Source: a virus (Duplodnaviria; Caudoviricetes). From it: DNA of 48,820 nucleotides. Under the pieces are notes generated by a model. The model saw nothing but the letters and a program-made list of their open reading frames with translations, was not told where the DNA came from and did no database searches. Made by a program: the position numbers and the translations under genes. The stretch lies in the IMG/VR virus record IMGVR_UViG_3300006736_000008, positions 1 through 48,820 of that record. One strand, written 5' to 3'. Positions within the stretch are counted from its first letter, which is position 1. The number at the start of each line of letters is the position of its first letter. Positions 35,297-44,316 of this stretch are shown piece after piece.

Positions 35297-37012
35297 CTAT
35301 TCTACCGCATGAGGCGATTTTGCACCTTGCTTTGTGTTATCGTCAACGCTTTTCATGTTTTCTGCCATATTCTCAAGGGCTGTTATTTGTTCTTCAACCA
35401 CGCCGAACTCTTTCGGGTCTGTCTGTAAGAATCCCGGCTTTGCCCTTCTTAAATTCTCCAGCATTTCAGCCGTTCCCACGCCGAACTCTCCCTGACCTGT
35501 CCACGTTGGTCGGGATGGAGCGTAGGATACTGGGCCTCCCGGCCCCGGCCCACCTGTTATACCTCTTTGAAGTACACCTGTTGCCATAGCCTTTTGTTCT
35601 AAAGCTCTTGCTCTTGCTTTAAGTAGATACTGGGCAGTAAGTTGTGCTGCTTTATCTTTGTTCATGTGGATGTAAGCTCTACGAAGTGTGTCTTGTTCTT
35701 CCTGTGTCAATTCAGGCACATCTTCACCGGCCCTGATTCTGGTCATCAGTGATTCACCTGTGCTGACTAATGCTGCACCCATCTTCAGTTGTTGGGATGC
35801 AAGCAATTTGCCTTTGGCTGCTGTTGTCCTGACTTCTTCAAGCCTTCTGAGGTTCGGGTCATATTCTGTTTTGCCTTTATCCCACGCTTCCGCACCTACT
35901 CCACCGAATTCGGCTTTGTATCCCATCATGCTTTTCATGCCTTCGGGCGAGAACATAGCTCCAACTCTACCAACCATTTCGGGCGGTAAAATCTCCCCCA
36001 TCTTCATAATGCCCTTGGGTGTCTTACCCATCTCAGCTACCCAGTTGCCGAACCTCATAATTTGTTCATCGTATGACAGTCCTAAGAATCCTTCCTCTCT
36101 CATTCCTCCCCTCTTGGCTAAGGCTTTCCTGACATCGGGCCTACCTAATGCCATCCCCATCTGTTTCATCAGTTCGCCGGTCTGCATGGTGGTTGATTTG
36201 ACTTCTCGACCTCTGGTCATCATGGCAAGGAGCATTTCGGGCGTTGCACCTCTTTCCTTCAGTTCAGGCGCACCTGCCGATAAACCCATCACGTATGGAC
36301 TGAATTCAGCCATAGAAGATTTAGAACCGGCCCAAATCTTTGCCATTTGTGCCTTTGCGGAAGTGACATCTTTAGCACCGAACTTCTTCAACATTTCGAT
36401 AAGTAAGCCGGATTCTGCCGTTCCCAGTTGCCTTCTACCTACAAAATCAGCTATGACATTCGCCATAGCGTCCTGATTTTCAGGCCCAAGTTTCGCAAAA
36501 GCGGCATTGGCCTTATTTATGACTTCCCTTGCCTGTTGTGGACCCTCAAATCTGCCTCTGGTCATTATCTCTAAAACTCTGGCCTGTGACTTCTTGTATG
36601 TCCATCCTGTCTGATTCATCACCGCTTTAGCAGAATCTTCCAAAGCCCTGCTGCCTTGTGCCAGTTTCTTCTGAGCGTCGATGACAGCCTGTATTTCCTC
36701 TTTAACTAGTCGCCATGCTTTCTTGATACCCTCAATGCCAACCCAAGCCCCTATGAAGCCCTGAACCGCACTCATTTGAGTTCTGAGCATACGACCCAAA
36801 GCACCTACTTCAGTCGTGGCACCTTTGGTTGAACGACCATGTTTTTTCTGTGAATCACTGGCTTTATCAGTGGATTTCGCTTGGTCTTCAAATGCCTTCT
36901 TGCCCTTCTTGGTATATTCAATCAGGGTTCTTTCGGCATTAACCGCTGCTGTACATGATGTTACGAAATCTTGTGAATCGCCACCGAGTTTTAGATTTAT
37001 CGAATCTGCCAT
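35297..37012 (-). CDS. Tape measure protein
   Basis: 571 aa, helical and A/G/M-rich, N-terminal INLKLGGDS, follows tail chaperones. Confidence 0.8.
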   Translation of the reverse strand: MADSINLKLGGDSQDFVTSCTAAVNAERTLIEYTKKGKKAFEDQAKSTDKASDSQKKHGRSTKGATTEVGALGRMLRTQMSAVQGFIGAWVGIEGIKKAWRLVKEEIQAVIDAQKKLAQGSRALEDSAKAVMNQTGWTYKKSQARVLEIMTRGRFEGPQQAREVINKANAAFAKLGPENQDAMANVIADFVGRRQLGTAESGLLIEMLKKFGAKDVTSAKAQMAKIWAGSKSSMAEFSPYVMGLSAGAPELKERGATPEMLLAMMTRGREVKSTTMQTGELMKQMGMALGRPDVRKALAKRGGMREEGFLGLSYDEQIMRFGNWVAEMGKTPKGIMKMGEILPPEMVGRVGAMFSPEGMKSMMGYKAEFGGVGAEAWDKGKTEYDPNLRRLEEVRTTAAKGKLLASQQLKMGAALVSTGESLMTRIRAGEDVPELTQEEQDTLRRAYIHMNKDKAAQLTAQYLLKARARALEQKAMATGVLQRGITGGPGPGGPVSYAPSRPTWTGQGEFGVGTAEMLENLRRAKPGFLQTDPKEFGVVEEQITALENMAENMKSVDDNTKQGAKSPHAVE

Positions 37013-37223
37013 TGGTTATTCTCTATATGCTCAAACTCGTCGGTTTTCCAATCAGGCTCAAAGCCTTTCCCATACATTTCATCCCACATTTGTTCAGTCG
37101 GGGCTTTTCCCTGTATCTCAAGGTGCGTGGTAATCGCCAAAGCCTCAGCTATCGACATACCGGCATAATCTACGGCATTTGCGGTAAGGGCGTATTTAAC
37201 TCTTGTCCAGTTTGTTTTTTTTT
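36997..37223 (-). CDS. -1 frameshift extension of tail assembly chaperone (lambda gpGT-like)
   Basis: A9 run at 37215-37223; -1 frame open to TAA at 36997, filling the gap to the tape measure gene. Confidence 0.75.
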
Positions 37224-37841
37224 ATACCCACACAAAGCCGACAGTATAGGCCAGAAAAACTCCTCTCTCAGCAATCCAAGGTTGTTAATAACTTCATCAG
37301 GTAGAATGTAGTTGACTCGTAAAGCCAGTACCATAATGCAATAAGCGTCCTCCCAAGGAACGTTTATTTCCAAGCCTTCTTCGTTCTTGTCACCAGATTC
37401 CAACATAGCCAGAACCTTAGCGGTCAGTTCTCTCAGTTGTTTGTGGCGTTGGTATTTCGACTGAAAACTCATCTGCATCTTGCACTCGATTTTTTTGGGC
37501 AGGAATGGAATCATTCGCCTAAGCAGCATCACCATCCAACCATCTTTGACTGTCGGGTCGGGAACCCATTCTGTCCTGACATGGATATCTTTACCGAGTG
37601 CTTCCAGTTCGGGAATAAGCCATTCCTCACCGTTGCCCAGTGTCACAAACTTACACATTTCGTGGTGTATAGGACACTTACGTCGATATTCGTTCTCTAT
37701 TTTAGGTCTGGACTCATCAGGCCATTCAGCCACCGCTACAAAGTCGTACCGAAGCGGTGTATCTGTCTGGCCTTCCACTTCCCACTGTTTTTTAAGTAGG
37801 TCATCTACCGTATTAAGTTGCTGTTTGGATTCGTCGCTCAT
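37170..37841 (-). CDS. Tail assembly chaperone (gpG-like)
   Basis: Position between tail tube and TMP; slippery site near C-terminus. Confidence 0.7.
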   Translation of the reverse strand: MSDESKQQLNTVDDLLKKQWEVEGQTDTPLRYDFVAVAEWPDESRPKIENEYRRKCPIHHEMCKFVTLGNGEEWLIPELEALGKDIHVRTEWVPDPTVKDGWMVMLLRRMIPFLPKKIECKMQMSFQSKYQRHKQLRELTAKVLAMLESGDKNEEGLEINVPWEDAYCIMVLALRVNYILPDEVINNLGLLREEFFWPILSALCGYKKKQTGQELNTPLPQMP

Positions 37842-38199
37842 GGACTGCCTTCATATTTGGAACATTGATTTTTACCTTTTCCACCATAGCCTTGTGGAAA
37901 CCAAACCATGCACAACCATTCGCTTTGCCGACACCTTCGATAGCCAGAGTGAATGGTTTCCAATCCCACTGAAGCTCACCTTTCATCGGGTGTGCCTTGG
38001 GAAACAGAAACGTATCAAACGGAGTATCAGATACCAAAGTGCCATGACCGCCATATAACGGACTGGCGTTTTTGACCCATCGGAAATAAAGTTGTGTATG
38101 ACCCATCTGCCAGAACTCATACAAGTTACAGCGTGGGTTCATAAACAAAGCCTTCATTACCGGGCCGGGCTTTTTGTCTTTGATAAACCATGCGTACAT
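37813..38199 (-). CDS. Hypothetical tail-region protein
   Basis: ORF fills gap between tube and chaperone genes. Confidence 0.5.
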   Translation of the reverse strand: MYAWFIKDKKPGPVMKALFMNPRCNLYEFWQMGHTQLYFRWVKNASPLYGGHGTLVSDTPFDTFLFPKAHPMKGELQWDWKPFTLAIEGVGKANGCAWFGFHKAMVEKVKINVPNMKAVHERRIQTAT

Positions 38200-38205
38200 A
38201 ATTAT

Positions 38206-38655
38206 TTATGCTGCTGTACCTAAAGCGATTGATACAGGGCAAGTCGTACCATCGGCACTTATGCCGATAAAAGGTAGAGCCAATGAATTCTCACCGGCCT
38301 GTGAAGCCGAAGGATTTATCGGGCCTAACATCGTGCCGGCTACCCACGTTGCGATAAGTGCCGTCGAACTAGCTGCTTTACCGCCGACACCTTCCGCACG
38401 TTGGGGGAAATTCTGGACGACCGCACCAGTATCGCCCGGCGAGAAATTACCGGCACTGATAATGATGCTGAAGTCGGTGGTGTTCACCGTGCAACGTTCG
38501 ACGATGTTCTCCATCCATGCGAATTCTGAATAAATCGCACCGTCACAAAAGAAATTGTTCGGGTCTGCACCATGCGAGAAATCCATCGACAAAATATCGG
38601 GAATCGTATTTGCCGCAAAAGTCGCTGTACCTACTGTGTAAACTTTATTAGCCAT
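38206..38655 (-). CDS. Tail tube protein, paralog 2
   Basis: Position, size and similarity to 38671..39162. Confidence 0.65.
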   Translation of the reverse strand: MANKVYTVGTATFAANTIPDILSMDFSHGADPNNFFCDGAIYSEFAWMENIVERCTVNTTDFSIIISAGNFSPGDTGAVVQNFPQRAEGVGGKAASSTALIATWVAGTMLGPINPSASQAGENSLALPFIGISADGTTCPVSIALGTAA

Positions 38656-38670
38656 TTCATAAACTCCTAA

Positions 38671-39162
38671 TTACTGGGCGTTTACCAACGTCAGAGCTAT
38701 CGGCTCTGTCGTACCATCTTCACTTGTCAGTTGAAAATCAATATCCATCGCATTCGCTCCGGCCTGTTGCGCAGCAGGGGATATCTGGTTAATCATGCAG
38801 CCATCAGTCTGAACCGGCCCACCACAAATAGCCTGAAGCCAACTTGATGCTACAGCACTTTTTCCACCCACACCTTCTGCTCTTTGGGGGAACCATATCT
38901 TCAAAATGCCGGTATCGCCAATCTCAAGGGCTGAACTTACGGAATCCTGAAACAGACTCAAATTACTGGATTGGATACGCACCGTTTCGCTTACGTTCTC
39001 CAACCAAGCAAATTCAGGATAGATGTTACCATCAGCAAACCAAGTCTGCGCATCACCACCGATTACAGGTGCTATCGTGACGATGTTGTCGATTGTGACA
39101 TCATCCTTATCCTCATCGGTTTCCCACGTGGCTGTGTGTATCGTATATACTTTATTAGCCAT
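38671..39162 (-). CDS. Tail tube protein, paralog 1
   Basis: Follows neck genes; shares MANKVYT and FPQRAEGVGGK with downstream gene. Confidence 0.65.
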   Translation of the reverse strand: MANKVYTIHTATWETDEDKDDVTIDNIVTIAPVIGGDAQTWFADGNIYPEFAWLENVSETVRIQSSNLSLFQDSVSSALEIGDTGILKIWFPQRAEGVGGKSAVASSWLQAICGGPVQTDGCMINQISPAAQQAGANAMDIDFQLTSEDGTTEPIALTLVNAQ

Positions 39163-39695
39163 TATACCACCTTCTTCATGTCTTGACCGGCGATTCTAGC
39201 CAGTTTACCATATTCGTCATCGACTACCTTCTGAGCGAATTTCATAACTTCCTGCTCGTCACGGTCATTCACGGTGAATGCAGGTCGGGCAGGCATTTTA
39301 TCTGAACCTTTTTCCAGATACTTAGCGTATTTAGGCGGTTTCTGAGGGGTAACTTCCCATCGCCTACCGCTTCTCTTTCGTACCGTGCTTTGTAATGCCG
39401 CTTTATTCCATGCACCAGTTAATACCAGTATAGGTTTTTTACCAACTTTTTTCAGCTTCCATAGCCGATACTTCTCTGTCAAAGGTTCGTACTCATACTC
39501 GACCGCATTTGATTGAAGGAAATGCCTTCCGATTATGCTGTATTGTTTGGACATACCTTCGATGTCGCCAAAGATAAACCGACCGACAGACTTCATCAGT
39601 TTATCCAAAAAAGCCTTGATAGCCGTTTCAGTAAGTGCCTTCTGTAAAGCACTACTGATTTCCAGTTCCATTGTAAATTTTGCTTTAGGGGCCAT
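39162..39695 (-). CDS. Virion morphogenesis/neck protein (HK97 gp10 / tail-completion-like)
   Basis: ILVLTG, KYAKYLEKGSDKMPARP. Confidence 0.8.
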   Translation of the reverse strand: MAPKAKFTMELEISSALQKALTETAIKAFLDKLMKSVGRFIFGDIEGMSKQYSIIGRHFLQSNAVEYEYEPLTEKYRLWKLKKVGKKPILVLTGAWNKAALQSTVRKRSGRRWEVTPQKPPKYAKYLEKGSDKMPARPAFTVNDRDEQEVMKFAQKVVDDEYGKLARIAGQDMKKVV

Positions 39696-40204
39696 TATCT
39701 AAGCGTTGCCTCTGAATAAGTCGCTTTCACAAATACAGTTATTTCACCCCAACAGCATCCTCGATGTCGGTCAATCGTCGGGCCGTCAAACGAAGCGTCC
39801 TGATATATTCTCTGGTCATAATTACCACTGGATTGATAGTCATTGGATGAATCGAAGTATGCGTTCCTTATAGCCAGTATGCAGTTCATCAGGAGCGTCC
39901 TACAAGGCTGAACACCGTCATCGTTCGGGCCGTTGGAATACCATGCCCTGATTGTTGCTCTCAGGTTGAGTGTTCCACCGCCGGTGCTGTAATCCTCTGC
40001 GTCAAGTGGGTCAACCGCCAACTCCAAGAATGGCATCCGGCCCCGATTGCGTCCACGATGAAGTTCACCAGTGATACCCTGAAATACATGACCGCCGGAA
40101 GCCGGTGCAGAACCCCAGTTACTTGCTACTGCTGCCAATGTGGTATCTTCTCTCAAAGCCTGCAGCAGATTGTTTTCAAAGATTTTTAAGGCATCATCAG
40201 CCAT
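39695..40204 (-). CDS. Tail terminator-like protein
   Basis: Position and size in neck module. Confidence 0.5.
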   Translation of the reverse strand: MADDALKIFENNLLQALREDTTLAAVASNWGSAPASGGHVFQGITGELHRGRNRGRMPFLELAVDPLDAEDYSTGGGTLNLRATIRAWYSNGPNDDGVQPCRTLLMNCILAIRNAYFDSSNDYQSSGNYDQRIYQDASFDGPTIDRHRGCCWGEITVFVKATYSEATLR

Positions 40205-40356
40205 TACGATTCCTTCTTGTTTTCCTTGGCTTCTTCTTCATCGAAAAAATCACGCATGAATTTACCACCTAGCGTATGTTTGTTGGTATCTTCATCGCCC
40301 ACCGAAAACTCTATCGGCTCTGACCATCTTTTTGTTATTGATTTTTGTTCGGGCAT
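40204..40356 (-). CDS. 50-aa ORF, candidate immunity protein for MuF-ART
   Basis: MPEQKSITKRWSEPIEFSVGDEDTNKHTLGGKFMRDFFDEEEAKENKKES; TAATG overlaps with both neighbours. Confidence 0.55.
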   Translation of the reverse strand: MPEQKSITKRWSEPIEFSVGDEDTNKHTLGGKFMRDFFDEEEAKENKKES

Positions 40357-42044
40357 TATGGAACCTCGTAAATAGTTATATAATCAACGTCGTGACCGTA
40401 TAGTTCAACAAATTTCTTTTCTACAGAATGTACTTTATATTTTCCATCACTCCTGAACAACACCTCTTGTTCTTCTGGATAATTGCTCAATCTCGATATG
40501 TCCGCTGCCGTCTTTGAACCACCTCTCACTTCTACTATAACATGATTATCGCCTGACGACGAGAATCTTTCAGCAAGCCGCTTTTCTTTGGAAAAACTAC
40601 TCATAGTGTCAAGAGATATAGGTTCATTTTTTACGTTTGCCTTATTTATTTTATTGATAAATGTTTTATATTTTCTCTGGGCTTCCCTATAACCACCAAA
40701 CGACATTCCTCTGAAGGCATTATCTTCAAACACAGGCGCACGTTCTATAGCTTTCTCGATTGCATTCACCTTCTTCATCACAGACTTATTGTATGGGTCG
40801 CTTAAAAAAGCCCTCCTTTGTGCGTCTGTTTTCAGGTCTAAATATCTCCCTTGGAAATCTAGCATCTCAGAATATGACCTTGTGTACTCGTTTATAGAGG
40901 CTTTTTCAACGCTATTTAATGACAGTTCCCAATCGTCGATAGTTTTCAGCTTATTCTCTGTTTTTCTCAGTTGTTTCCTAATGTTCTCTGCATACTCATC
41001 GGTATATTTTATTTGCACCTTTGTTCTGGTTACATTTACCTTACCTATCAGATTTCCAGAATCGTCAATTACGTTTATGTCTTTGAAATTCTTAATGCCG
41101 TACTTCTGCTGTATGTTGTGAATCTGTACGTTGTCGTATTTGCCCTCTACCCAACCATCAAAATACTTTTTCAGTTTTTTTACATCTTGCGGTTTCACAC
41201 CTTTAACCTGAGTTTTCGGCATTGTCGGTTTTGCGGTATATTCCAACTCAGCCTTTTTGCCCAAAGATAAATCTATTTTGCCCACCTTCTTGCCTGTGCT
41301 ATCAACAACGTCGGTTTTCATCTTTGTTAAGCCGATTTTCTTCGATTTTGCAGCCAGTTCTGTACTTGTAATTTTACCTGCTTTCCAATCGTCAACTATT
41401 TCCTTGGCTTTACCTACGTCTTTTTCCTGAATCGCACCTTTGGCCTTAGCTTCGGTTGCTGTTGGTTTCGGTGGTTTCGGTTTCGGCTTTGCTGGTACAG
41501 CCGGTGGCGATGCTTCGGGCGGTGGCGGTGGTTTACCGATTTTCGCTGCATTCAAGTCGATAAGTTGCCTGTCTGTCAACTTGGATATCTGTTTGGGCTT
41601 AATGCCCAGTTTGCTCTTGGACAGGTCATCCAGTGAAACAATGCCCTTGGTCTTACTTACCAAATCTTCAGTTCTGACTATGCCGGTCTTGTGAAGTCGG
41701 GCTACATTTTTACCCATCAATAACTCACGCTGCTTTAACGACATCTTGCTAATTTCTTTTTTCAAAAACTGACCTTTATCATATACCCTCAACGATGATT
41801 GGTCATTATGAGGCACAACCCGGCAATAACAATTTGGATGTAAAAGTGGGCGTGGTCTATTCGGGTCACTTCGTTTCCATATTGTAAGGTGATACATCAG
41901 GCATCTTATACAGGGGCCGGGCGATTCGGGGCCGTTAATGAACATGACCATCTGAGTTTTCAGATTAGTCAAATACTCTTTGACATTATCAGCACCAATG
42001 TCGGCTTCAAACGTACTCACATTTATTTTCATCTGTAAAGCCAT
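40356..42044 (-). CDS. MuF-like minor head protein fused to R-S-E ADP-ribosyltransferase
   Basis: N-terminal CIRC...LHPNCYC; Pro-rich linker; C-terminal INEYT, FRG, SSFS, EQEVLF. Confidence 0.82.
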   Translation of the reverse strand: MALQMKINVSTFEADIGADNVKEYLTNLKTQMVMFINGPESPGPCIRCLMYHLTIWKRSDPNRPRPLLHPNCYCRVVPHNDQSSLRVYDKGQFLKKEISKMSLKQRELLMGKNVARLHKTGIVRTEDLVSKTKGIVSLDDLSKSKLGIKPKQISKLTDRQLIDLNAAKIGKPPPPPEASPPAVPAKPKPKPPKPTATEAKAKGAIQEKDVGKAKEIVDDWKAGKITSTELAAKSKKIGLTKMKTDVVDSTGKKVGKIDLSLGKKAELEYTAKPTMPKTQVKGVKPQDVKKLKKYFDGWVEGKYDNVQIHNIQQKYGIKNFKDINVIDDSGNLIGKVNVTRTKVQIKYTDEYAENIRKQLRKTENKLKTIDDWELSLNSVEKASINEYTRSYSEMLDFQGRYLDLKTDAQRRAFLSDPYNKSVMKKVNAIEKAIERAPVFEDNAFRGMSFGGYREAQRKYKTFINKINKANVKNEPISLDTMSSFSKEKRLAERFSSSGDNHVIVEVRGGSKTAADISRLSNYPEEQEVLFRSDGKYKVHSVEKKFVELYGHDVDYITIYEVP

Positions 42045-42694
42045 TTGCTCTCGTCCGAAAATAGTTCTATCGCATCTTCATACGCTACCGAGTTCGCCAC
42101 GTTAATCGCTTGACTAGCAATACCTTTCGACTCTCTTGTGAAGGAATCTAAGCCTCTGCGAATCTTCCTGTTTAATAATACCTTCCCATCTTCATCGCCT
42201 GTAGGTTCGATTACATAAGTACCTGCTGCCGATAACAACTTGCGTCGTAATTTAGCCAGAGAATCATCAAGCCAATCCTCAAGCGTCAAACCGCCTATCA
42301 ATCGTTCGTAAATAGCCTTCAGTTCAGCCTTACTCACTGTTACATCAAACAAAATGCCGTTCGGGGTATTCTGATTCCATGCCGAAGCGATAGACCGTAA
42401 GCCCTCTTTGTACGACCTCAGTTGCATACGTTTAATCTTCTTGGTCACACGCTCTTTGAGGTTATCGAGAATCCGGCTGACCATAGCCTTGTAGTCTTTA
42501 TCTCGCCTCAGACTCCTGACATCACCCTTCATTTTCTTCTTCTCCAGCAATGCTGCCAGAGAACCAAGTATGGTTAATTGCACCGAGTCTGTTATGTTCA
42601 CCAATTCCATAGACATCTCATGGCTTCGTTCTGGTAAGACAGCCAACGAGTCGGATATCTGTCGGTTAATGGCATTTAGCGATAAAGTTGTCAA
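42029..42694 (-). CDS. Helical minor head protein (MuF N-terminal-like half)
   Basis: Helical, IGGLTLEDWL motif, overlaps MuF-ART start. Confidence 0.5.
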   Translation of the reverse strand: MTTLSLNAINRQISDSLAVLPERSHEMSMELVNITDSVQLTILGSLAALLEKKKMKGDVRSLRRDKDYKAMVSRILDNLKERVTKKIKRMQLRSYKEGLRSIASAWNQNTPNGILFDVTVSKAELKAIYERLIGGLTLEDWLDDSLAKLRRKLLSAAGTYVIEPTGDEDGKVLLNRKIRRGLDSFTRESKGIASQAINVANSVAYEDAIELFSDESKWLYR

Positions 42695-43413
42695 CGTGAG
42701 ATATCTCCTGTAAGCATATTGGCATGGAAGCCGTCGTATATTACCTGCTTCCTTCGTTTCAGTTCGGGTGTATTTTCAAGGCCGTTCGCTATCTTGGACA
42801 TTTTATCCAAGCCTTCCTTATACTTTTTCCTATACATATCAATCAAAGGGCTTTCATCAGGAGTGTAAATTTGTGGGCCTATCAGGGCTGCTGTGCCGAT
42901 GTTCAGTAGTTTCTTCAGGCTGTCAACGCTGAAGTTGGCACTGGTCGGGTCAATCGTACAACTAAAGAAAGCCCTGTCACCTAATGACAAAGCGTTCGCT
43001 GCTGTCAGAGTACACCGGATAGCATTGGAATTGTCGGATACTGTCATCCCATCGCCATGCGTAAGCCCTTCACCTCTCGACGGTGGTTCGGGTGTCAGGG
43101 AATAATTGGCTATTATCTCCCAGTTGGACGTACAGCGGTAGTCAAGACCGCCCTCATTGGTGATATCAATTACAGTCTGGTCTGCTGTGGCGTAGAATAA
43201 TACCAATGCACCGTTACAGTGCCATAGCGATTCACGAATCCAAGGGTTGAGGTTCTTGTATATATCGTCCTCGACGATATCCATTTGGACTTCTATTGAA
43301 GTTTGGTCTGTGAAGTCGGCTACTACCGCTTCAGGATACAAAGCCACAGGCTCAGTATAAACCGCACCAAATCTGTTATAATTAGCCATGATTATCACCT
43401 TCCCAGTAGGCAA
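42691..43413 (-). CDS. Head-tail adaptor-like protein
   Basis: Position; C-terminal YRKKYKEGLDKMSKIANG typical of gp36/gp6-like adaptors; likely start MANYNRF at 43389. Confidence 0.55.
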   Translation of the reverse strand: MPTGKVIIMANYNRFGAVYTEPVALYPEAVVADFTDQTSIEVQMDIVEDDIYKNLNPWIRESLWHCNGALVLFYATADQTVIDITNEGGLDYRCTSNWEIIANYSLTPEPPSRGEGLTHGDGMTVSDNSNAIRCTLTAANALSLGDRAFFSCTIDPTSANFSVDSLKKLLNIGTAALIGPQIYTPDESPLIDMYRKKYKEGLDKMSKIANGLENTPELKRRKQVIYDGFHANMLTGDISR

Positions 43414-43738
43414 ATGGTTCTTCTCTGATTACTGTGCCTTCTTTTATGCTGTCAACATATTTGACAATAGAACCCCGATACATCGGATTCTCATAATCGT
43501 GAAATAATACCCTGCCACATTTCTTTACTGCCTCAAAATTGGCCTTCACATCTTTGTAGGTATGCGCTCCATCTATAAAAGCGAAGTCGAATTCCATGCG
43601 ACTCAGGCTGTTAGCCAAATCCTCATTCGATTCCACTTTCTGAAATTTAATCTTTTCGGAAACGCCAAATTTCCTCCATACATCAAACATTATATTTCTT
43701 CGCTCGATACCGTGTTTTTCTATTTCGTCAAGTAACAT
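43382..43738 (-). CDS. Class I SAM methyltransferase (Methyltransf_24-like), N-terminally short
   Basis: FDFAFIDGAHTY, VLFHDY; SAM motif I not evident. Confidence 0.7.
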   Translation of the reverse strand: MLLDEIEKHGIERRNIMFDVWRKFGVSEKIKFQKVESNEDLANSLSRMEFDFAFIDGAHTYKDVKANFEAVKKCGRVLFHDYENPMYRGSIVKYVDSIKEGTVIREEPFAYWEGDNHG

Positions 43739-44316
43739 TATTTACCCATACTCAAAAACAGGCTTGCCCTGCAATCCGGCCTTCTCTCGATTTCGTGTAT
43801 CTTCTTCCATACCTCACCATTGAACGAACCCAAGAACGTCATCCACCATTCTGACGGTTTAATGGTCAGGTGTGTATATGCGTCGATAGCATCATAATGC
43901 GCCACCGATATAATCCTGTTGACTCCGACCCGATTCATTTCACCCAACACAAATGGAATGTCAGGTTTCCTTAAATGTTCCATCACATCAAAACACAGGA
44001 GCGTCTTGAAAGATTTATCTTCAAAGGGCCAAGGTTCTGTTATATCGTGCTTTACGTACTCATACCCTTCTCTCTCATAAATATCGTCGATAATATCAAG
44101 CCCTGTAACCGTAATGTCTTTACGGACAAGGTAGTCACAAAGCAATCCATTACCACAACCAACGTCAAGAACCGGCGACTCTATTTTCAAATGAGTATTC
44201 CAGTTATCCATCAGGTCAAGACCCTGATTATTCTGCTTATAATACCACTTGGTCTTGTGGTGGTTTTCATAAAACTTTTTAGTGCCGTAGTTCATTTGAA
44301 AAAAACCTTCAGGCAA
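43738..44316 (-). CDS. Class I SAM-dependent methyltransferase
   Basis: VLDVGCGNG, GLDI, CFDVMEHL. Confidence 0.9.
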   Translation of the reverse strand: MPEGFFQMNYGTKKFYENHHKTKWYYKQNNQGLDLMDNWNTHLKIESPVLDVGCGNGLLCDYLVRKDITVTGLDIIDDIYEREGYEYVKHDITEPWPFEDKSFKTLLCFDVMEHLRKPDIPFVLGEMNRVGVNRIISVAHYDAIDAYTHLTIKPSEWWMTFLGSFNGEVWKKIHEIERRPDCRASLFLSMGK

